Source: Cyclobacteriaceae bacterium
GTDB taxonomy: Bacteria; Bacteroidota; Bacteroidia; Cytophagales; Cyclobacteriaceae
DNA length: 64,000 nucleotides
NCBI GenBank assembly: GCA_965243755.1
Contig: CBDEVW010000004.1
Coordinates: 272,053 to 336,052, forward strand
Direction of reading: 5' to 3'
Shown here in pieces: positions 36,862-46,571 of the stretch (the first letter of the stretch is position 1; every line of letters starts with the position of its first letter). Both the position numbers and the translations under genes were made by a program. The notes under the pieces are model-generated. The model saw only the letters and a program-made list of their open reading frames with translations. It was not told the origin of the DNA and ran no database searches.

Positions 36862-38995
36862 GTACAGGTAAGTCCAGGTTTACAATAGTACCACGATCAA
36901 TTACTGAGTCAATGTTGAAAATGCCATTTAGTTTCTTTACTCTGGATTGAATGTTTTTCAACCCCATGCCCATTTTGGCCGATTGCTGACAAAAGCCTTT
37001 ACCATTGTCTTCTACCAAAATATTAAGATGACCATCCACTTCATTGATAGAAACTTCAATAAATTCAGCATCAGCGTGTTTTACTATGTTGTTCATCAAT
37101 TCCTGTAAAATACGATATGTCTCCAGCTTTTGGTGATCACTCATATTACTGAATGCCTTGTCGACCGAACAGTTGAATTCTATTTCAAATGGATGGAGTT
37201 GATTCAAATCGTTGATATAATTACTCAAAAATGCTGAGAATCCTACCTCTTTGGATTTTATTGGGGATAAATTGGCGGATATGGACCGAACTTCATGGTA
37301 AGTCTGATCAATGTTCTTTTTGACCTGGGTTAAAACCTCTTGGTCACCATTGGAACCTGAGAGCCTTTCTAACCCGAGTTTAATTCCAGCCAGATTACCT
37401 GCAACACTATCGTGCAATTCCTTTGCAATTCTTATCCTTTCTTTCTCCTGTCCGGCGATATTAGCCTTGATTTCTTTCATTTCATTTTCGCGAATGAGTT
37501 CCTTGGTCTTTTGTCGATTGATTTCTTCCGCTTGTTCTGCCAATTGTTTGGTAGCCCGTTCCTTTTGACGATATATCTCCAACAATATCAGTACAGCCAA
37601 TACGATCAGCGTGGCTACTGATGCAATTGCTACCTGCTTCACTTTTTGTCTGTCGAGTTCGGCCTGTTTAAGCTCTTTTTCTTTTTCCAGTAATGCAATT
37701 TGATTTTCCTGCTGGGCCTGCGCCATTTTCTCTTTCTGCAATGAAACAAACTGAAGTTCATTGGTAGCTTTTAATTCACGAATTTTATTCTCAGCAGCTT
37801 GTGCTTCCAACTGCTCCTGCAACTGCTTCTTTTCAAACTGATTTTGTTGATTGATGATCTCAATTTTTCTTAATTCATTCTCCTTCTGAAGTAGTTTGAT
37901 TTCATGTTCCTTTTCCCTTGCCTCATATTTAATCAGCAGGTCCTCCACCTTGCTACTGGTGTTGACCCGCTCCATACTATCCCGAAAATAAAGATGATCG
38001 ATCATGCTTAAATAGGCAGAATCATACATTCCAAGAATTTCATAAGCAAAAGCAAGGTTGGCATGCAGCAGGTGACTTTGCTTGTATTGGGCCTTATTGG
38101 CGATTTTTAATGCTTTTCTGAAATTAGGAATCGCTTTTCTGCCGTCTCCTTTATTCAGAAAGATCAGCCCACGCTGGTTGTACCGTATGATCAGCTCAAC
38201 ATCTTCAGTCCGATCAGTAAATTCTGCTAAAAGTTGATCTGAGTATTTCAGGGCACTATCCAGCTCTTGTTGATTCTGAAATAACATCACCAGTAGACTC
38301 AAAGGTGTATAGGTACAGTCCTTATCAGGAACTTCTTCGCATACATTCAAAGCAGTTTGCAGGTAATACCGGGCACTATCAAATTCCTTTAATTTGATAA
38401 AAGAAAGGGCCATATTACCCATTACTATTGATTTTAACCTTAAACCTGGGTTTCTATCCAAACTTTTTTTGTAGTGTTTGATTGCCTGATGGTACAGGCC
38501 TTTCTCATTGAAAATGGTTGCGAGATTGTTGATTAACACTGTTGCATCATCTTCAATGTTATGCTGAAGGGCCAGTTCGTATGCTTGCAGGTAATTACTT
38601 GTTGCCAGGTCCAGGTTACCTCTCTCATGATGATGTAACCCCAGTATGCGATAGTAGGTAATGAGTTGAGTGGTGTCATTGAGGTGCTCAATGATTTCCA
38701 GACTTGCATCCAGATGTTCCTGTGATTCAGTGTACCTGCCGTGAAAGATCAATTCTTTCGCGATGCGCAACCGGACATTGCATTCATTTTTGTGAAGTCT
38801 GTATTGAACGCAGCGTTTGAGGGCTTCATTTAGTTTGGATAATGTAGAGTCATTGTGGGCATCATCCAGTAATGATTGAATTTCCAGTTCAACCATTTTA
38901 AGGTCTTGAAACAGGCTGTTTTCATGGCATATACCCACATTACTCACCAGTAATAGTGATAGGAAGAGAGCGATGTTTATGAATAATTGCCTCAT
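36854..38995 (-). CDS. TPR-repeat sensor histidine kinase (HisKA_3 type)
   Basis: 713 aa. Signal, ~8 TPR-like repeats, a long coiled coil, a TM helix, H-box IAKELHDSVAGNLAGI, and HATPase (LVEDNGKGF, GMGLKNIQSR). Overlaps the downstream response-regulator gene by 8 nt. Confidence 0.85.
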   Translation of the reverse strand: MRQLFINIALFLSLLLVSNVGICHENSLFQDLKMVELEIQSLLDDAHNDSTLSKLNEALKRCVQYRLHKNECNVRLRIAKELIFHGRYTESQEHLDASLEIIEHLNDTTQLITYYRILGLHHHERGNLDLATSNYLQAYELALQHNIEDDATVLINNLATIFNEKGLYHQAIKHYKKSLDRNPGLRLKSIVMGNMALSFIKLKEFDSARYYLQTALNVCEEVPDKDCTYTPLSLLVMLFQNQQELDSALKYSDQLLAEFTDRTEDVELIIRYNQRGLIFLNKGDGRKAIPNFRKALKIANKAQYKQSHLLHANLAFAYEILGMYDSAYLSMIDHLYFRDSMERVNTSSKVEDLLIKYEAREKEHEIKLLQKENELRKIEIINQQNQFEKKQLQEQLEAQAAENKIRELKATNELQFVSLQKEKMAQAQQENQIALLEKEKELKQAELDRQKVKQVAIASVATLIVLAVLILLEIYRQKERATKQLAEQAEEINRQKTKELIRENEMKEIKANIAGQEKERIRIAKELHDSVAGNLAGIKLGLERLSGSNGDQEVLTQVKKNIDQTYHEVRSISANLSPIKSKEVGFSAFLSNYINDLNQLHPFEIEFNCSVDKAFSNMSDHQKLETYRILQELMNNIVKHADAEFIEVSINEVDGHLNILVEDNGKGFCQQSAKMGMGLKNIQSRVKKLNGIFNIDSVIDRGTIVNLDLPVHE

Positions 38996-39164
38996 TATGT
39001 GATTGTTGCCGCTAATATAGTACGAAGGTGCATTTTCTTACTGAATATATCTATCACTAATTTTAGTGATTTTTCCATTTGACCATATTTGGTGATGTTT
39101 TCCTGCATCGCTCAATCCTACATTTGTCTTACTATTTAAAACCAAAAAACAAATCAATTTTAAG

Positions 39165-39860
39165 ATGAAAACAGTGAAACCACTTATCATGATGATGGCT
39201 ATCGTAATGATGGCATTTGGAGTACAGGCTCAAAAACTTCCTAAGTTTGGAAGCACTATTGAAAAACAGGTAGGACCTAAGACCGTGAGGGTTCCTTATA
39301 CAGATGTAGTAAGTTATCTCGGATATGCTGCACCTGGTAATGAGGATGAAGTGAAGGATGGTAAAAAATTCTACTACATCTACGTATGGATACCTGCAGT
39401 TGCTCCTGAGTTGGGAGTAAGGATGATGTCGCCGGTTCCTGCAAAATTCAAAGCAAAAGGAGCAATTATTGGAGAAGGTTATGAAGATAATGCCAAGTCT
39501 GATGATTATTTTGATACCTACATTACAATTGAAAGATCCAACATCATTGACAAAGCAAAAATCAGTGAAGATGCAGTGCAAAATGCCAATTGGGTTGTTT
39601 TGGAATACAATGATGACAGCAGCGAAATGCCACAGAACCCGGGTGGGTCTTCTTACAACTCCTTGTTGAGATACAAAAGTGAGGTGAGCAATCCAACTAA
39701 AGCATTAACAGTTGGTCTATACAGAATTGGATTTACAACCTACAAAGTAGGAGAAGTTAAAGGAACATTCCTTGCAGAAGTAGCATCCCCAATAAAATTA
39801 CCTGGAGTAGCTATGGCTAAAACGATTGATGAGCTGGTGAAGCAACTTCAGATCAACTAG
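39165..39860 (+). CDS. LipL32-family protein (homolog of the Leptospira major outer-membrane lipoprotein), SPase I-type signal
   Basis: 231 aa. Blocks match L. interrogans LipL32 as I recall it. Query first, LipL32 second: [16 protein letters not shown] / [42 protein letters not shown] / [38 protein letters not shown] / [21 protein letters not shown] / [33 protein letters not shown] / [24 protein letters not shown]. The signal MMAFGVQAQ has no lipobox Cys. Confidence 0.8.
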   Translation: [231 protein letters not shown]

Positions 39861-40029
39861 TTTTTACGGTACGCAACATGTATTGGGGGCCTTTTATGGA
39901 GGTCCTCAATCTGTCCACAAAATGCATTGATGGTTATTCAATGTTTAATTATAGCTACTTGTTCAGTCTTTTTCTGAGTTTTAATTGGTTAATCGTAGCA
40001 GAACTGGCAAGTACTATGGTTTAGGTTGG

Positions 40030-40056
40030 CCCGGCTATTTATAGTCGGGTTTTCTG
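40030..40056 (+). terminator. Possible terminator downstream of the LipL32-like gene
   Basis: CCCGGC-TATTTATA-GTCGGG (one G-T pair) followed by TTTTCTGGTTT, 170 nt after the stop. Confidence 0.35.
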
Positions 40057-40114
40057 GTTTACAAATATTCTATGTGAACCCGGGATACGCTGAGACGTAT
40101 GACTTTGAATACTT

Positions 40115-40966
40115 ATGAGTTTGCACAAATCTTTAGTAGCATTGAAAAATCACTCAATCAGTTATCATAACAATCGCATCATACTTTCTCACGAACGGAG
40201 GGAGCAGGCTACAATGGAAATTTATCCTTCCAACCACCTTCTGACTTTCATCAGGTCAGGATTACTGAATGTTGAAGTCAATGGAGAGACCCGAAGCTAT
40301 TCTAAAGGTGAATTTGTATTGTTTAAAAAATTTGCTCCTGCAAGAATTACAAAAACCTGGGGTCGCGGGGGATCAATGTTTTCTAGTGTGGTGTTCACAT
40401 TTCAGGAAGATCTGGTTCAAAAGGCATTAATGCAAATGGAATTTGATGATCCAGGCAGACAGGATAATCAGAATCAAAATATCATCGCTATTCATTCAAA
40501 TCCAATATTGGATCAGTTTATACAGTCCCTTGAGTTGTTTTTCGAGCAAAAAGTTGAAATGGATCATGCACTGGCCAATCTTAAGACTATGGAGGTCCTT
40601 GTAGGGCTAATCAGATCAAACAAAAGCATATTTTATGAGCTGCAAAGCTTTGCACAAAGAAGCATTGCGGACTTATACCAATACATGCAATATCACTACA
40701 GGGAAAAGAAGAGCCTGGAAGAATTTGCAAGAGATTCCGGCCGTAGTTTGACGACATTTAAAAAGGAATTTTTTCAACTCTTTCAAACCAGCCCTGGCCG
40801 TTGGTTAAAAATGAAAAGACTTGATCATGCCTACCGACTGCTGAAATTCACAAACCGCAAAGCATCAGAAGTCTACCTGGAATGTGGGTTTGAGGATCTT
40901 GCGCATTTTAGCAAATCCTTCAAAAAACAATTTAATGTCAACCCCTCTGAATTAGCGACTGTCTAG
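40115..40966 (+). CDS. AraC-family transcriptional regulator
   Basis: 283 aa with a cupin-like N-terminal half. C-terminal double HTH: SLEEFARDSGRSLTTFKKEFFQLFQTSPGRWL ... ASEVYLECGFEDLAHFSKSFKKQFNVNPSE. Confidence 0.85.
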   Translation: MSLHKSLVALKNHSISYHNNRIILSHERREQATMEIYPSNHLLTFIRSGLLNVEVNGETRSYSKGEFVLFKKFAPARITKTWGRGGSMFSSVVFTFQEDLVQKALMQMEFDDPGRQDNQNQNIIAIHSNPILDQFIQSLELFFEQKVEMDHALANLKTMEVLVGLIRSNKSIFYELQSFAQRSIADLYQYMQYHYREKKSLEEFARDSGRSLTTFKKEFFQLFQTSPGRWLKMKRLDHAYRLLKFTNRKASEVYLECGFEDLAHFSKSFKKQFNVNPSELATV

Positions 40967-41045
40967 ACAAACAATCACGTCCTTATAGACAAACTGTTGA
41001 GCACCACAGGTCAATAGATTTGTACTTAATAAATAAAGATTAAGT

Positions 41046-41900
41046 ATGAAGACAGTTTTAATAACAGGATCCAGCACCGGATTTGGAAACATATTAGCTC
41101 ATCAACTTTCAGGGCAGAATAAATATCATGTAATCGCGACAATGAGAAATACCAGCAGCAGCAATTACCAGGCAAAGCTTGCACTAGAAAAACTTTCCAA
41201 TGTTGATGTAATGGATTTAGATGTTACCAATGATCAGGGAGTGAAGGATTGCATTGCACAGGTCATTGAAAGGTATGATCGATTGGACATCTTGATTAAT
41301 AATGCCGGCCAATTTGGTGGAGGTCTCCTGGAAGCGCACAGTATCCCTCAGGTTCACAAATTATTCGATATCAATGTGTATGGCCCACTGCGAATGATGC
41401 AAGCGGTACTTCCCCAGATGAGGAGACAAAAAGAAGGACTCATCATTAACATCTCCAGTATGCTAGGCTTTTTTTCTATTCCTCTGAATTCAATTTACTG
41501 TAGCACAAAAGCTGCTTTGGAATCGCTGGTTACCGGATCATATGGAGAGCTAATTCAAAAAGGGGTGGAAAATATATTGATAGAACCTGGTTCATTTCCA
41601 ACAGAACTGTATGAAAAAGCGGGAGTTGTGGCAGACCTCAAAGAGATTACTGAATCATATGAAGGACTATATGAACAGATGAGAGACTTTGCAAATGCAA
41701 AAGTTTACAACGCCATAAAAACCCATAAACCTGATCCTTCTGCAGTCGCCAGAAGAGTGATTCAACTGATTGAAATGAATAAAGGCTCCAGGCCAGTTAG
41801 GAATCCAATTGACCATATTTCGGGAGAGGATTTTACCAACAAATTAATTGGGGAACTCACCGAACTCGCTAATACACAGATGAAGTCTTACGGTTTTTAG
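41046..41900 (+). CDS. Short-chain dehydrogenase/reductase (SDR)
   Basis: 284 aa. TGSSTGFG (TGxxxGxG), NNAG, S..YCSTK (YxxxK). Confidence 0.9.
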   Translation: MKTVLITGSSTGFGNILAHQLSGQNKYHVIATMRNTSSSNYQAKLALEKLSNVDVMDLDVTNDQGVKDCIAQVIERYDRLDILINNAGQFGGGLLEAHSIPQVHKLFDINVYGPLRMMQAVLPQMRRQKEGLIINISSMLGFFSIPLNSIYCSTKAALESLVTGSYGELIQKGVENILIEPGSFPTELYEKAGVVADLKEITESYEGLYEQMRDFANAKVYNAIKTHKPDPSAVARRVIQLIEMNKGSRPVRNPIDHISGEDFTNKLIGELTELANTQMKSYGF

Positions 41901-41945
41901 GCTATACCCCAACCTAACTTTCATTATTCGCTAAACGCTTTAATC

Positions 41946-42398
41946 ATGACTAAAATATTTACTTCAACAGCGGTGCTTGTTTGCATTGCAGTACTGCTTT
42001 CATTTAGAACAGAAAACATGGAAAAGAAAAAAATTGAACAATCAATCACCGATAATTACATTCATGGTGCTTTCAATGAGACAAATATTGAGAAATTCCG
42101 ATCAGTATTTCACCAGGAATTTTCAATCATCAATATTCAAGAAGATGGGTCATTTTTCAATTTTACCCGAGACATGTGGGAAGAGGCCTTGAAACAAAGA
42201 AAACAAGACAGCAATTTTGATTATGGTACTGTGGCATTCAGGCCTGTATTCAAACACATTGATATCACCGGGGACAAGGCAAGTGTGTCGATGGACCTGC
42301 TGTTGCATGATAAGGTAATATATTCTGATTATTTGCTACTCTGTAAAGTCGATCAACACTGGAAAATAGTTTCAAAAGTATTTTATGAGCATGATTAA
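41946..42398 (+). CDS. NTF2/SnoaL-like fold protein with N-terminal signal/anchor
   Basis: 150 aa with a hydrophobic N-terminus. Size and pattern (YIHGAFNE..KFRSVFHQEF, ..DQHWKIVSKVF) are consistent with an NTF2-like (lumazine-binding-like) domain. The assignment is weak. Confidence 0.5.
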   Translation: MTKIFTSTAVLVCIAVLLSFRTENMEKKKIEQSITDNYIHGAFNETNIEKFRSVFHQEFSIINIQEDGSFFNFTRDMWEEALKQRKQDSNFDYGTVAFRPVFKHIDITGDKASVSMDLLLHDKVIYSDYLLLCKVDQHWKIVSKVFYEHD

Positions 42399-42474
42399 GT
42401 TCCAATTAGTGAAGTTTTGTAAAAGGGGGACTTGCATGGTCTCCTATCTAAATTTTCTATGCTAAACAACTTTG

Positions 42475-42879
42475 ATGATGTCACTAAAAAACATGAATAC
42501 GAAAGACCTGTTATTTACACTTTGGATATTTCTCACAGTAAATTATCTGTATTGCGATGTATTTACGCTCCATCATGCGCCTGAATTGAATTTATTATTA
42601 ACTGGTAAGGTAGGGGACTTAATTATTTCACAGGAGTTTCTGCTGTATTTTGCATTTATTCTTGAAGTACCAATGCTTATGATCGTACTGACAAGAGTTC
42701 TAAGTGTGAAATGGAGTAAATATTGCAGCCTGATTGCTGCAATATTTACTGGTACTGTCCAAGCCTGGAGCTTGTCCATGGGGGGCAACACTTTGCACTA
42801 CATATTTTTCAGTATTGTTGAAATAAGTACTGCAGTGATAATTGCTGGTATTGCGTTTCGTTGGAAGTCAGTTGCTTAG
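42475..42879 (+). CDS. Small 4-TM membrane protein (DUF6326-like)
   Basis: The track start at 42472 is TTG and ATG codons follow at 42475 and 42478. LFTLWIFLTVNYLYCDVFTL is reminiscent of the DUF6326 family. Low certainty. Confidence 0.5.
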   Translation: MMSLKNMNTKDLLFTLWIFLTVNYLYCDVFTLHHAPELNLLLTGKVGDLIISQEFLLYFAFILEVPMLMIVLTRVLSVKWSKYCSLIAAIFTGTVQAWSLSMGGNTLHYIFFSIVEISTAVIIAGIAFRWKSVA

Positions 42880-43922
42880 TTCTTTTTTAAATTTTCATTC
42901 TCTTGCTCTAGCTCCTGCACTCTTTTGTTCAGGTCAATCAAATGTAATGTTAGTTCTTCCACCTTCTGAAGTAGCATGAGGTTCATCTCTTTCAAATTCA
43001 AACCCTCTGACTCCATCACTTTTGCGGAAGGAATTTCTGGTAAATGCTTGTTGGCTTTGATGTATTCCTCTGTTTCTTCCAGGCTTCTAAGATGGTAGTC
43101 TTCTTCGAATACATAGTCTGGGCCCTGGCCAGCGTCTACTGTTACTTTTACCTCCTGGGATTTGATGTTTCCTGCAACTGTAAGTAGGGCTTCAGGGGTT
43201 GTAGTGCCTATCCCAATCTTGCCGTCACTTTTAATAATCATTCTTGCCTGATATCCGGAGGGCCTGGTTATAAACTTGATATCACCTGTGCCCTGCAATC
43301 CGGTCATTATTAAAGTTGATTTGTTGCTCGTAAACAGGCCAGCTGAGTTATCATATGCCTGGCCTAAAGATCCGTACCCCACCAGGTCAATGATTCCTGT
43401 GGTTTGCTCAAACCTCGCTCTGTCACTTCCTACTACATGAAAATGATATAATGGTGAAGACGTGCCTATACCAAAATTCCCACCGTTAAAATAAGTATCG
43501 TCGTAAGTGTGAAGCTGTATTTTTACATCATTACTATAACCAAATAGCTGATAAAAACTCCCGGATCCAGCTCCATATAAATAGGCTACTTTTTTGTCAA
43601 CCCCTCCGTTGCTTTCACGGGACCAGGTTTGTCCAAGTCCCCATCTACGAGCATGTACTCTAAGGTATGAACTACCTCCATCTGAGGAGTAGAACCTAAT
43701 ACTGGATATCCCATCATTTCTGCCTAATTGAAGGTCTATGCTTTCAGTCCCGTCGGTTGATCCATAAAATTTCCCTGGATTGGTTTGACTGAAAAGATTT
43801 AAACTAATTGTAATGACGAATAGGAAAATGCTGACAGTTTTCATTTGATTTATAGTTTTGAAAAGTAGACTGAATGGTTGAATCGCAAAAATGAATGACT
43901 CAGACCTCAGGTTTGGAGGCAA
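42876..43922 (-). CDS. Secreted protein with Gly-rich beta-strand region and conserved C-terminal coiled-coil module
   Basis: 348 aa with a signal/TM helix (VSIFLFVITISLNLFSQ). The C-terminal GPDYVFEEDYHLRSLEETEEYIKANKHLPEIPSAKVMESEGLNLKEMNLMLLQKVEELTLHLIDL.. module recurs in Bacteroidota proteins that are often annotated as tail-fiber-domain proteins. Confidence 0.6.
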   Translation of the reverse strand: MPPNLRSESFIFAIQPFSLLFKTINQMKTVSIFLFVITISLNLFSQTNPGKFYGSTDGTESIDLQLGRNDGISSIRFYSSDGGSSYLRVHARRWGLGQTWSRESNGGVDKKVAYLYGAGSGSFYQLFGYSNDVKIQLHTYDDTYFNGGNFGIGTSSPLYHFHVVGSDRARFEQTTGIIDLVGYGSLGQAYDNSAGLFTSNKSTLIMTGLQGTGDIKFITRPSGYQARMIIKSDGKIGIGTTTPEALLTVAGNIKSQEVKVTVDAGQGPDYVFEEDYHLRSLEETEEYIKANKHLPEIPSAKVMESEGLNLKEMNLMLLQKVEELTLHLIDLNKRVQELEQENENLKKN

Positions 43923-43953
43923 ATTTAATAAAAAGGATTATAAATTATCTAAT

Positions 43954-43985
43954 AATAAAAAAAGCAGCCCAAACCGAGCTGCTTT
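43954..43985 (-). terminator. Intrinsic terminator of the accB-accC operon
   Basis: On the minus strand AAAGCAGC-TCGGTTTGG-GCTGCTTT is followed by TTTTTTT, 27 nt after the accC stop. Confidence 0.75.
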
Positions 43986-44011
43986 CATCTATCAAAGATA
44001 AAAATCTAATA

Positions 44012-45355
44012 CTAAATAGAACTGAAATCGAAAGTATCCAGGTATGCGGTAGTAAATTTACCCGACTTGAATACCGGATCATCCATCAGTTTTATGTGTA
44101 ATGGAATGGTGGTCTGAATTCCTTCAATAACGGTCTCTTCCAATGCACGCTTCATTCTTACGATAGCTTCTTCGCGGGTTTGCGCAGATACTATCAACTT
44201 AGCAATCATGGAATCGTAGTTTGGCGGAATGGTATAACCAGCGTAAATGTGACTATCTACACGAACTCCGTGTCCACCTGGTAAATGCAGATTAGTGATC
44301 TTTCCAGGAGAAGGACGGAAACCTTTTCTAGGATCCTCAGCATTGATTCTGCATTCTATTGAGTGCAACTGTGGGAAGTAATTCTTACCAGAAATTTCGA
44401 TACCAGCAGCAACTTTAATTTGCTCTTTGATCAGGTCAAAATCTGTTACTTCCTCAGTAATAGGGTGCTCTACCTGTATCCTGGTGTTCATTTCCATGAA
44501 GTAGAAATCACCGTGTTTGTCAACAAGAAACTCAATGGTCCCTGCTCCCTCATAGCCAATGGCCTCAGCGCCAGCTATAGCGGCAGCTCCCATTTTCTCT
44601 CTTAGTTCCTGGCTTACAATTGGAGAAGGCGTTTCTTCAATTAACTTTTGGTGTCTTCTTTGAATTGAACAATCCCTTTCAGACAGGTGACATGCTCTTC
44701 CTCTTTTGTCTCCCACAATCTGGATCTCAATGTGCCTTGGCTCCTCAACGAATTTTTCAAGGTATAAAGCATCATTTCCGAATGCAGCTCCAGACTCTCT
44801 TCTTGCGTCATCCCAGGCTTTTTGGAATTCTTTTTCGTTTTTCACGATCCGCATTCCTCTACCACCACCTCCGGCAGTTGCTTTCAGGATAACAGGATAT
44901 TTTACTTTCTTGGCAATCTTAAGTCCTTCCTCTACAGAATCCAACAGTCCGTCAGATCCGGGAATAGTCGGGACACCTGCTTTTTTCATGGTGTCTTTCG
45001 CAGTGGCCTTATCTCCCATTTTGCTGATCATATCAGCACTTGCTCCGATGAACTTGATGCCGTAATCGTCACATACTTTGGAGAATTCCGCATTTTCAGA
45101 CAAGAATCCATATCCCGGGTGAATAGCATCTGCATTGGTGATCTCAGCAGCAGAAATAATCCTGGGGATATTTAAATACGATTCAGAGCTTGGAGGAGGT
45201 CCAATACATACGGCCTCATCTGCAAATGTTACATGCAAACTGTCCGCATCTGCCTGAGAATACACAGCTACTGTTTTGATTCCCATCTCCCTGCAGGTAC
45301 GGATTACTCGTAGTGCTATTTCGCCTCTGTTGGCAATTAGTATTTTTTTAAACAC
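44012..45355 (-). CDS. accC: Acetyl-CoA carboxylase, biotin carboxylase subunit
   Basis: 447 aa. [29 protein letters not shown]-grasp [22 protein letters not shown]. Confidence 0.97.
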   Translation of the reverse strand: MFKKILIANRGEIALRVIRTCREMGIKTVAVYSQADADSLHVTFADEAVCIGPPPSSESYLNIPRIISAAEITNADAIHPGYGFLSENAEFSKVCDDYGIKFIGASADMISKMGDKATAKDTMKKAGVPTIPGSDGLLDSVEEGLKIAKKVKYPVILKATAGGGGRGMRIVKNEKEFQKAWDDARRESGAAFGNDALYLEKFVEEPRHIEIQIVGDKRGRACHLSERDCSIQRRHQKLIEETPSPIVSQELREKMGAAAIAGAEAIGYEGAGTIEFLVDKHGDFYFMEMNTRIQVEHPITEEVTDFDLIKEQIKVAAGIEISGKNYFPQLHSIECRINAEDPRKGFRPSPGKITNLHLPGGHGVRVDSHIYAGYTIPPNYDSMIAKLIVSAQTREEAIVRMKRALEETVIEGIQTTIPLHIKLMDDPVFKSGKFTTAYLDTFDFSSI

Positions 45356-45373
45356 GTCGCTTAATGGGTTTGA

Positions 45374-45871
45374 TTATGATGGATCAACTAAGAATAAAGG
45401 CTGGTCGTACTCAACAGGCTGAGCATTTTCTACCAACACTTTTACAATTGTACCGGAAACGTCAGATTCAATTTCATTGAAGAGTTTCATGGCCTCCACG
45501 ATACATACTGCCTGTCCTGCTGAAACTTTGTCGCCAACATTAACAAATGATGGAGAATCAGGATTTGGAGAACGGTAGAAAGTACCAATCATTGGAGACT
45601 TGATCTGTACATATTTTGATTCATCTGATGCGGGTGCTGCTGCTGGTGCAGGAGCTGCCGCTGCAGGAGCTGGTGCCGCTGCTGCAGGTGCTGGAGCCGG
45701 CGCTGGTGCTGGTGCAGCCATTACTGGTGCCGGTGCAGCCTCAATAATTTGATTCGTAACTTCGTTGCTACGTTTTACTTTGATTTTAAATTCTTCAGTC
45801 TCTATATTAACCTCTTCCAATCCGGATTGAGAAATAAAGTCTATCAAATCTCTTAGCTCCTTTGCTTTCAT
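45374..45871 (-). CDS. accB: Acetyl-CoA carboxylase biotin carboxyl carrier protein
   Basis: 165 aa with an Ala/Pro linker and the biotinylation motif [13 protein letters not shown]. Confidence 0.97.
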   Translation of the reverse strand: MKAKELRDLIDFISQSGLEEVNIETEEFKIKVKRSNEVTNQIIEAAPAPVMAAPAPAPAPAPAAAAPAPAAAAPAPAAAPASDESKYVQIKSPMIGTFYRSPNPDSPSFVNVGDKVSAGQAVCIVEAMKLFNEIESDVSGTIVKVLVENAQPVEYDQPLFLVDPS

Positions 45872-45971
45872 AGGTATATTAAATTAAGTTTTTTCAGGTC
45901 AATTAATTGCTTTGAAATTTGTTCAAACAACTTTTTAGAACAGCGTTTCAAAACAGGGTGGTAAATATAAG

Positions 45972-46535
45972 TTATTTTACACGTTCCACGTAAGATCCCT
46001 TGGTCGTGTCAATTTTAATTTTTTCATCCTGGTCAATAAACAATGGTACCTGGACAGTTGCGCCAGTGTCTATAGTGGCAGGCTTGGTGGCGTTGGTTGC
46101 AGTATCACCTTTGATGCCCGGCTCAGTATAGGTAACAGTCACTTCTACATGCAATGGTAGTTCACAGCCTAATATCTCTTCCTGCTCTTCATGAATGATT
46201 ACCTCACAAACCTGCCCATCATGCAGAAATTGTGGAGCATTGATCAGACTTTCCTGAATACTCACCTGCTCAAATGTTTCATTGTCCATGAAGTGATATC
46301 CCATGTCGTCCTTGTAAAGGAACTGATAAGGTCTTCTGATTACTCTGGCAGTAGTGATCTTGTGTCCTGCAGAAAATGTGTTGTCCACCACTTTTCCGGT
46401 TCGTACACTTTTGAGCTTTGTTCTAACAAAAGCAGGACCTTTACCAGGTTTTACATGTTGAAATTCAACTACAGAATACAGGTCGTGATTGAATTCAATT
46501 ACCAACCCATTTCGAATATCTGCTGTGGTTGCCAT
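45972..46535 (-). CDS. efp: Translation elongation factor P
   Basis: 187 aa. VEFQHVKPGKGPAFVRTKLKSVRTGK. Confidence 0.97.
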   Translation of the reverse strand: MATTADIRNGLVIEFNHDLYSVVEFQHVKPGKGPAFVRTKLKSVRTGKVVDNTFSAGHKITTARVIRRPYQFLYKDDMGYHFMDNETFEQVSIQESLINAPQFLHDGQVCEVIIHEEQEEILGCELPLHVEVTVTYTEPGIKGDTATNATKPATIDTGATVQVPLFIDQDEKIKIDTTKGSYVERVK

Positions 46536-46571
46536 GAAAAGTTTTGTTTATTTGAACTTTGTTAAAATTCT

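Noticed and set aside
39132-39581. 149-aa minus-strand ORF overlapping the LipL32-like gene. Other antisense track ORFs fall in the same class (e.g. 969-1238, 1556-1954, 3586-3997, 8861-9316, 44363-45175, 61354-61910).
   Set aside because: They lie antisense to, or out of frame within, long ORFs with strong family signatures. They are Cys/His/Phe/Ile-rich or low-complexity with no recognisable motifs. These are typical shadow ORFs.
45617-45739. GC-rich, highly repetitive GCTGC/GGTGC DNA that looks like a tandem repeat
   Set aside because: It encodes the Ala/Pro-rich flexible linker ([28 protein letters not shown]) that is normal for biotin carboxyl carrier proteins. It is not an independent repeat element.
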